The notes beneath the pieces are model-generated. The model saw only the letters and a program-made list of their open reading frames with translations. It did not search any database and had not been told where the DNA came from. A stretch of 64,000 nt of DNA from an uncultured Actinomycetes bacterium (GTDB lineage: Bacteria; Actinomycetota; Thermoleophilia; Gaiellales; Gaiellaceae): positions 372,138-436,137 of the forward strand of contig CAVPQJ010000002.1 of NCBI GenBank assembly GCA_963707525.1, given 5' to 3'. Below, piece by piece: positions 58,045 to 64,000 of this stretch (positions are counted from its first letter, which is position 1; every line of letters starts with the position of its first letter). The translations under genes were made by a program, and so were the position numbers.

Positions 58045-59013
58045 ATGTCTTTCTTCCGCCGCGGTAGCGACGACGAGCGCGAAGCGCGGTCCCGCGCGCA
58101 GACCGAACAGGCTGCGTCGCTGGATGCACTTGCCCGCGGCGGGCTGCCGTTGCGCGCCCAGCAGCGGCTCGGGGAGATCGGCAGAGCAGCGTCAGGTTTC
58201 TTCACGTCGGATCTCTCGGTCGACGAGTTCGCGCTTGTGCACGCTGTTGGGCTGCGGCCGATCTCGCAGGTGATGGGTAGCTCGGTCTACCACGTCGGCT
58301 GGCAGCAGCGTCCTGGCTCGTATGGCGGCTGGCAGCCGGGCGGGGTCTCGCAAGAGCTGACGGTTGTCTCTGAAGCGTGGAACACGGCCCGTCTGCGCGC
58401 GTTCGCGCGGCTCGAGCAAGAGGCAAAGCTCGTCGGCGCCGATGCGGTCGTTGGCGTGCACGTGACGAAGGGACAGCACGATTGGGCGGCTGGTGCGATC
58501 GAGTACGTCGCTGTCGGTACAGCGGTACGCGCCGACGGGGCCGAGAGGCTAGAGCGGCCCGCGGTCAGTGACCTTTCCGGGCAGGACACCTGGAAGCTGT
58601 GGCAAGCCGGCTACCAACCGTTGGGGGTTGTCGGCGCGTCGACGGTGCACTACGTCGTTGCGGGCTGGTCGACGCAGCAGGCGTCCGGGTACTGGTCGAG
58701 CTGGGCAAACCAGGAGCTTCGAGACTTCACCCGCGGCGTCTACGACGCCCGCGAAACCGCGCTCGGCCGCATGACTGCGGAAGCACACAAGCTCGGCGCC
58801 TCCGGCGTCGTCGGCGTCTCGATCGAACACAACGTCCAGGAGCGGGAGTCCGGCGCGGGCGGATCGCAGCGAACCGATCTCGTCGTCACCTTCCACGTGA
58901 TCGGCACGGCGATCGGCGAGCGACGCGCCGAGGGACGCGACCTCGACGTGTCGCCGCGCATCGAATTACGCAAGGACACCCTTTCCCCGCACGTCCTAGG
59001 AGGCAACAGATGA
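58045..59013 (+). CDS. Double YbjQ/UPF0145 (DUF74, 'heavy-metal-binding') domain protein
   Basis: Two copies of the motif block (S/T)DLS(V/G)..(F/W) / VGV: GFFTSDLSVDEFALVHAVGLRPISQVMGSSVYHVG...GADAVVGVHV and VSDLSGQDTWKLWQAGYQPLGVVGASTVHYV...GASGVVGVSI. The exact 3' end is uncertain. Confidence 0.75.
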   Translation: MSFFRRGSDDEREARSRAQTEQAASLDALARGGLPLRAQQRLGEIGRAASGFFTSDLSVDEFALVHAVGLRPISQVMGSSVYHVGWQQRPGSYGGWQPGGVSQELTVVSEAWNTARLRAFARLEQEAKLVGADAVVGVHVTKGQHDWAAGAIEYVAVGTAVRADGAERLERPAVSDLSGQDTWKLWQAGYQPLGVVGASTVHYVVAGWSTQQASGYWSSWANQELRDFTRGVYDARETALGRMTAEAHKLGASGVVGVSIEHNVQERESGAGGSQRTDLVVTFHVIGTAIGERRAEGRDLDVSPRIELRKDTLSPHVLGGNR

Positions 59014-59818
59014 GCTACGACCCAACCTCGACGGAAGGCGTGCCCGAACACGGACGCGAGCGGCTCGCCCAGATGAAGGCCGGTTTCTTCACGTCCGATC
59101 TCTCGGTCAACGAGTTCCTGCTCGTCAAGCAAGCAGGCTTCGACCCGCTTGGCCTCGTGATCGGCAGCTCGATCTACCACATCGGCTACCAGCAATCGAG
59201 CTGGAAGCAGTCGATGGAGATGGAGGTGCTCTCGCAGGCGATGTACCAGGCGCGCGAGCTCGCGATGACGCGGATGGAAGAGGAGGCCGACCAACTCGGC
59301 GCCGACGGCATCGTGGGCGTGCGGCTCGACATCGGCCGCTACGAGTGGGGACAGCACCTGGCCGAGTTCATCGCGATCGGCACGGCCGTGAAGCACCACG
59401 ACGGCGAACTGCACCGGGCGCCGAACGGGCGGCCGTTTACAAGCGACCTTTCCGGCCAGGACTTCTGGACGCTGCTCGCCTCAGGGCACCGCCCAGTCGG
59501 GCTCGTAATGGGCTCGTGCGTCTACCACGTCGCGCACCAGGGAATGCTTCGCGACGATGAAGCAAGCGGGCCAAAACGTGGAGATGCCGAACTTCACGCA
59601 GGCCCTCTACGACGCACGAGAGCTCGCGATGGAACGGATGCAGAAAGAAGGCGAGGAGCTCCAAGCCGAAGGCATCGTCGGCGTGCAGCTACAGGAGCGC
59701 TCGCACGGTTGGGGATCGCACGTGATCGAGTTCTTCGCCGTCGGAACAGCGATCGTGCCCAGCGACGGGTGTCCATACGTTGCCCGAACCAATTCCCACG
59801 ATCAGTCTCAACGACTAA
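59011..59818 (+). pseudogene. Double YbjQ/UPF0145 domain protein (paralogue), frame breaks near 59550 and 59770
   Basis: GGAGG upstream, and the ATG overlaps the upstream stop (ATGA). GFFTSDLSVNEFLLVKQAGFDPLGLVIGSSIYHIG...GADGIVGVRL, then TSDLSGQDFWTLLASGHRPVGLVMGSCVYHVA. The rest is in ORF 59557.. (EGIVGVQL...). The tail PEPIPTISLND* needs one more shift. Confidence 0.75.
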
Positions 59819-59844
59819 TCGCCTGGTTTCACGCGTCAGCGGAT

Positions 59845-61500
59845 CTAGTAGCCGAGTTGGCTGCGGGGTACGGTTGCGAGTATCTGTTGCTGGTAGTAAA
59901 CGGGGCCGCCGCTGTCCGCCGTGATGTTCGATGGGTAGTGGGTCGAGACGAAGAGCGCGTAGATGTTGCCCGCGGAGACGGCGAGGCCGAAGTAGTCGCC
60001 GATGAATTGCGAGGCGCAGTTCGCGTCGGCGCAGGTCTCCTGTGGGATGCCGCCGACGCTCTGTGCGGGCTGCTCTGGATCCCAGGTCGCCTTGGTGATG
60101 CGAAGGTTTCCGCCGGAAGGAACCGCACCGAGGCCGAGGTCGCGATAGGGCTGCATTGAGACGTCGATGCAGAAGTTCGTGCGCCCGACGTCTTGCGGGA
60201 GCACAGCTGGATCGTTTGGACAGGCGAGCCGCCTGTCGTAGAACGCGACCGCGACGGCGCCTTTCGGTCCAGCGGCGACCGACGGCTGGAACTGGTCTGT
60301 CGCCACCGCCCCATCGACATTGTCGTTTACTACGACCGGCATCGACCAGGTGATGCCGCCATTCGTCGATTGGGTGAACTTGACGTCGAATTGCGTTCCG
60401 TTCCAGTCCTCGTAGGTGAGATAGAGATGCCCTGCGAAGCTCGGGCTCGCCGAGAAGTTCTCGGTGATTCCGTCACGGAACGTTGTGTTCGGCAGGTTTG
60501 TCGCCGGAAGGGACCCGAGGGTCGCGGCGGCAACGAACGGCGAGAACGTGTTTCCGTCGTCTGCCGACCGGGCGACGTAGAGCGTCACCTGCCCACCTTT
60601 CTTCGGGAACGACGCGAACGCGATGTACAGATCGCCGGCGGCGTCGACAGATGGGTAGATATACGTGTTCGAGGGACCCGTCTGGGACGGCGCCGTTATC
60701 GTCACCGCCTTCGAGAATGTGAGACCGCGGTCGCGAGAGACGGCTAGGTCGATCTTCGTGTTGTTGTCCTCGAACACCGACCACATCGCGTAGACATGGT
60801 CCTGGTTCGGGCTGCCGGGGATGTTGTTGACCGCGACCCACTGCTTGTCGGCAACGTCGCCAAGTTGCTTCGCGCTCGAGTTCGAGCCGTTACGGAGCGC
60901 CTGGCCGCCGTTACCGGTCGTCCAATGCTTGCCCATGTCGTCGGAGTAGCTCAGGTAGACGGCGCCGTCCGGATGCAGCTTCGAGCCGCCCCAGAAGGCG
61001 TTGAACGGCAGCATCGTCTGATACACACGGCCCTTCGAGTCGAAAGCTGCGTTCGGGTCGGTCGTGTCCGTCCAGCTTGGCGGCATCGCCTGCGTTCCGG
61101 TCGAGATGCAGTCGTACCCCTGAACCTGGTTGTTGCCCGCGGGCTTCCCGTTCGGAATCTGGTACGCGCCGTTGTAGAACATGTAGTCGTCGGAATAGCG
61201 GTCAAAGAAGAACTTCGACACCCCGACGAGATCCTCGCTGCCCGGCTTAACGGCAAGCCAGGACTCTGAACGGTTCGTGAACGTCCCCGTCGTGCACGTC
61301 CCCGGAGCGGGGACCGTCTGGCCCGCGGCGACCGGATAGCCGCCGCCCGTCGTCGGCGAGCTCGCGATCTGGTTCGTGAAAGCCACGGTCGACGTCCACG
61401 TGCTCGGGCTCGACGCGCCAGACCCAGCCGACGCACTGATGAGAACCGCCAAAGCCAGCGTCACCACCGCGAGGCCGCTAGCTGCAACTCTTCCGCGCAT
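59845..61500 (-). CDS. Secreted BNR/Asp-box repeat glycosidase-like protein (sialidase superfamily)
   Basis: Signal LAVVTLALAVLISASA. Four Asp-box motifs: SDDMGKHWT, SRDRGLTFS, SADDGNTFS, STNGGITWS. Intact 551 aa. Confidence 0.8.
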   Translation of the reverse strand: MRGRVAASGLAVVTLALAVLISASAGSGASSPSTWTSTVAFTNQIASSPTTGGGYPVAAGQTVPAPGTCTTGTFTNRSESWLAVKPGSEDLVGVSKFFFDRYSDDYMFYNGAYQIPNGKPAGNNQVQGYDCISTGTQAMPPSWTDTTDPNAAFDSKGRVYQTMLPFNAFWGGSKLHPDGAVYLSYSDDMGKHWTTGNGGQALRNGSNSSAKQLGDVADKQWVAVNNIPGSPNQDHVYAMWSVFEDNNTKIDLAVSRDRGLTFSKAVTITAPSQTGPSNTYIYPSVDAAGDLYIAFASFPKKGGQVTLYVARSADDGNTFSPFVAAATLGSLPATNLPNTTFRDGITENFSASPSFAGHLYLTYEDWNGTQFDVKFTQSTNGGITWSMPVVVNDNVDGAVATDQFQPSVAAGPKGAVAVAFYDRRLACPNDPAVLPQDVGRTNFCIDVSMQPYRDLGLGAVPSGGNLRITKATWDPEQPAQSVGGIPQETCADANCASQFIGDYFGLAVSAGNIYALFVSTHYPSNITADSGGPVYYQQQILATVPRSQLGY

Positions 61501-61706
61501 TGTCCCTCCCCAGGGTGGTGAGCTGTCGGCGGCCGTAGCCGCGCATCGCGTGGCATTCGTAGCAGTCCGCTACGCATTACGTCAACGGACTCGACTAATC
61601 GGGTCGAAATGCGCGATCGCCCGGCACGGGGGCCTCTGGGAGAGGAGAGGGTTAGATGGCACCTACGCCTTTGCTTTGCCCCCTTCGCTGTGCAGGAGCT
61701 TCGTGA

Positions 61707-61778
61707 TGGGCGCGGCTGGGATCGAACCAGCGACCCCTCGCGTGTGAAGCGAGTGCTCTCCCGCTGAGCTACGCGCCC
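61707..61778 (-). tRNA. tRNA-Val (anticodon CAC), CCA not encoded
   Basis: GGGCGCG-TA-GCTC-AGCGGGA-GAGC-A-CTCGC-TTCACAC-GCGAG-GGGTC-GCTGG-TTCGATC-CCAGC-CGCGCCC-A folds as a 72-nt cloverleaf with a 7/4/5/5 stem pattern. Confidence 0.9.
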
Positions 61779-61831
61779 GAGAGCCAGCACTTTAGCGACT
61801 CGTGCGCGTGGCAACTCACACCGGAGGCGCT

Positions 61832-62026
61832 CTAGTTGACGAGGCTGGGACCTAGACCCGCCAGTTCATCGAGCAGGGCGATTCGCAGGCCGCAAAGCTT
61901 CGTGCGCGCGCCTTCCCAATCGTCGCCCGCCTCTGAAATTCCGTCGATGGTCTCGCTCAGCGCTTGGAGGACGACGAGCAAGCGCCATTCGGCGGTCTCT
62001 ACATGCTCCTCTTGGCTCTCGCCCAT
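61832..62026 (-). CDS. Small acidic hypothetical protein
   Basis: MGESQEEHVETAEWRLLVVLQALSETIDGISEAGDDWEGARTKLCGLRIALLDELAGLGPSLVN. This is the tail of track ORF 61832..62794; the upstream part of that ORF belongs to the frameshifted MFS gene. Confidence 0.3.
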   Translation of the reverse strand: MGESQEEHVETAEWRLLVVLQALSETIDGISEAGDDWEGARTKLCGLRIALLDELAGLGPSLVN

Positions 62027-62085
62027 GTGGACGCGTCTACCCCGGACAACGACATCAAACCTTGGTCTTGCCGCGCGCGCCATAG

Positions 62086-63329
62086 TCACGGACCGAGGCC
62101 GGCTGACGTTCTGTGTCGCGTATCTCGATCCGAGAATCCGGTGCGACTGACTCGCGGTCGCACGACGAACAGGATCGATGCACACAGCACCGATCCGAGC
62201 ACGAACGGAATCCAGTCGCCGGTCGCGTTCGCGATCGCGCCGCCTGCTGAGGGTCCGGCCACGGCGCCCGTCGCCCACGCCGCGCTCATCAAGCCGAACG
62301 CCATTCCCTGTGCGAGGCCGGTGCTCTCTGCGCCGTCCGCGATCATCGCGAACGCAGGAGTGAAGAGGACGCCGTACGAGACCGCGGCGATCACGATCAG
62401 CGGTGCGTAGAAGAGAGGACGCGCACCGGTAGCAAGACCGAGCGACACGACGGCGCCCGCTGCAAGCGCAACGCGAACCGGCACGAGCGGGCCGCGCCGA
62501 TCGCTGATGCGGCCCACAATCGGTGCCTGCACCGTCTCGAGGCGCGGCTCCGACGAGCCACACCGCTCCAATTGCCGCGGCACCCCAACCGGCACGGGAG
62601 AGATGCAGCGGGCCGAGCACCGCCAGGACCCCGAAGAGCAGGGAGGGCACCGACATCAACACGAGGCCCCCGGCCAGTTGCCGGTTGCGAAGCGCTCGCC
62701 GGAGCGCCGCGAGCGACGGGACCTGCGCGGGCGGCGAGGAGCCGAGCCGGAGCGTCCAGACCACGAGAACGACCGACAAGCCCGGCGAGCGCACAGAAGA
62801 TCACCGCTCGTCCGGCGAGCGCGGCCGCCGCGCCGATCACCGGACCGAACAGTGCGCCGAAGACGGCGGCGCCCATCGCGCTGCCGATCAGCTCTCCGCG
62901 CCGCTCGCGCGGCGCAGCAGCGAGTAGCCACGAGAACGAGCCGGCCCAGGTGAATGCGCTTCCGAGTCCTTGCAGGAACCGCGCGAGAAACAACGTCGAG
63001 AAGCTATCCGCAAACGCGAAGCCGACGCTCGCGAGCCCCATGCCGACGAGCCCGACGAGCACGGCGCGCCTCGCGCCCATCCGTGCCGAAGCCCAGCCGC
63101 CTGGAAGTCCGCCGACGAGGGCCCCGGCCGCGTATGCAGCCACGAGCGTTCCTGCACGGGCCTTCGAGAAGTGCAGGTCGTGCGCGAAGTGGGGCAGCAA
63201 CGGCGTAAGAGCCGCGTAGAGCATCGTGTCGACGAACACGAGCACGGCGACAAGCAGCAGCAGACGGCGCACCAACGCCACGCTACCAATGCTCAGGAAA
63301 ACGATTGCGCCTGCCGATAAAGCCGGCAT
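62086..63329 (-). pseudogene. MFS transporter, about 3 frame breaks (62.4-62.8 kb)
   Basis: VLVFVDTMLYAALTPLLPHFAHDLHFSKARAGTLVAAYAAGALVGGLPGGW...FLARFLQGLGSAFTW (ORF 62397..63482). LAGGLVLMSVPSLLFGVLAVLGPLHLS (ORF 61832..62794). PLIVIAAVSYGVLFTPAFAMIADGAEST... (ORF 62086..62595). The start is uncertain. Confidence 0.75.
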
Positions 63330-63661
63330 GAGCCGGTCTTTCGGATTCCCGTTGCTGATCGTCACGCTTGCCATCGGCGGGTTCCTCTTCGTGAAGCAGT
63401 CGCAGACCGTCGGACCCACCTCGTCCGTCGCACAGCAAGCCGAGACACAGGCCGCCGCGGCCGCGTCGGCGACGAATTTCAACGCGGCGCTTCCCGACCT
63501 CCAGGCGCTGGTTCGCAGATCACGGCACCTACGCAGGCGTGACTCTTCCGCCCGTGTACGGGATCACCGTCGTTCGGGCGGACGCGACGTCCTTCTGTCT
63601 CCAGTCGGGCGCCGAGCACGAGGTTGGGCCGGCGGGGCCGCCGCAGCCCGGCCCCTGCTGA
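63328..63661 (+). pseudogene. Small membrane-anchored pilin-like hypothetical protein, one frame break near 63515
   Basis: MSRSFGFPLLIVTLAIGGFLFVKQSQ. After the shift: WFADHGTYAGVTLPPVYGITVVRADATSFCLQSGAEHEVGPAGPPQPGPC*. Confidence 0.5.
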
Positions 63662-63755
63662 ACCGCTCTACGCTGCGGATGTGACGATCGATGGCCCCGG
63701 CGCCGTATCAAAGGGCGTGAACGCGGCTACGTCCTCGCTCGACGTCCCACGGCTG

Positions 63756-64000
63756 ATGACCGCTCGCCCAACCTTTGCCGACGTCGCCGCCGAGCAGCTC
63801 GACGCCGTCTACCGCTACCTCGTCTATCTGACGGGCGATCGTGGAGCCGCAGAGGATCTCACCGCCGAGACATTCGAGAAGGCATTTCGGTCGTGGCGGC
63901 GCTTCGACCCGCGCCGAGGCTCGCCGCGCACGTGGTTGTGCCGGATCGCGCGCAGCGTCGCCGTCGACTGGTTTCGGGCCGAGTCCCGGCGTAAGCGTCG
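63756..64000 (+). CDS. ECF-type sigma-70 family factor, 5' part (runs off the window). An alternative start is GTG 63681.
   Basis: Region 2: LDAVYRYLVYLTGDRGAAEDLTAETFEKAFRSWRRFDPRRGSPRTWLCRIARSVAVDWFR. Confidence 0.8.
   Translation, partial: MTARPTFADVAAEQLDAVYRYLVYLTGDRGAAEDLTAETFEKAFRSWRRFDPRRGSPRTWLCRIARSVAVDWFRAESRRKR

Noticed and set aside
59845-61778. Genomic island integrated at tRNA-Val
   Set aside because: No integrase, excisionase or other mobility gene lies next to the tRNA. Reading through 47-61 kb, I could not find a direct repeat of the tRNA 3' end. Only a compositional hint remains, and that is reported separately at low interest.

Overview
High-GC segment (about 70% in hand-counted core lines). 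The gene order looks like an actinobacterial chromosome: dnaX-ybaB-recR ... ask-asd, plus sucC/sucD, icd-mdh, pckA and sdhA/sdhB. I call about 70 protein genes and one tRNA-Val(CAC). I saw no rRNA, CRISPR array, transposase/IS or prophage genes. Layout from left to right: acyl-CoA carboxylase 3' end, ABC-2 exporter, sucC-methyltransferase-sucD, PQQ-like propeller, aminotransferase, Lon/PDZ protease, SDR, icd-mdh, two adjacent Xer recombinases, GNAT, pckA, a non-classical sdh operon, Asp23, asd/ask, recR/ybaB/dnaX, a GT-C-like membrane protein and fumarylacetoacetase. Then comes a dense signalling block (32.8-42.6 kb) with receivers, PAS kinases, REC-HD-GYP and NarL regulators, followed by tyrA, HU and a LigD polymerase domain. 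Last is a 47-61.5 kb stretch rich in secreted and cell-surface proteins with an ECF sigma/anti-sigma pair, then tRNA-Val, an MFS transporter and a second ECF sigma. Main caveat: at least 25 genes, including housekeeping genes such as sucD and mdh, are interrupted by single-base indels. These breaks are clustered, and I read them as assembly or consensus errors rather than true pseudogenes. Such genes are typed pseudogene below only because they cannot be translated as given. The most interesting hypothesis is a TPR protein followed by a tightly coupled 34-codon peptide ORF and a secreted S1 protease (39.1-41.3 kb), which resembles an RRNPP-type peptide signalling cassette in a high-GC genome. 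Other points: a phosphorelay with Glu or Gln at phospho-acceptor positions, a heme-anchor-less CCG-type sdh operon with an embedded lipoprotein gene, a methyltransferase wedged between sucC and sucD, a duplicated palindrome-bearing junction between the two xer genes, and several strongly supported small ORFs below the ORF-track cut-off. All family assignments come from motif recognition by eye; no searches were run.
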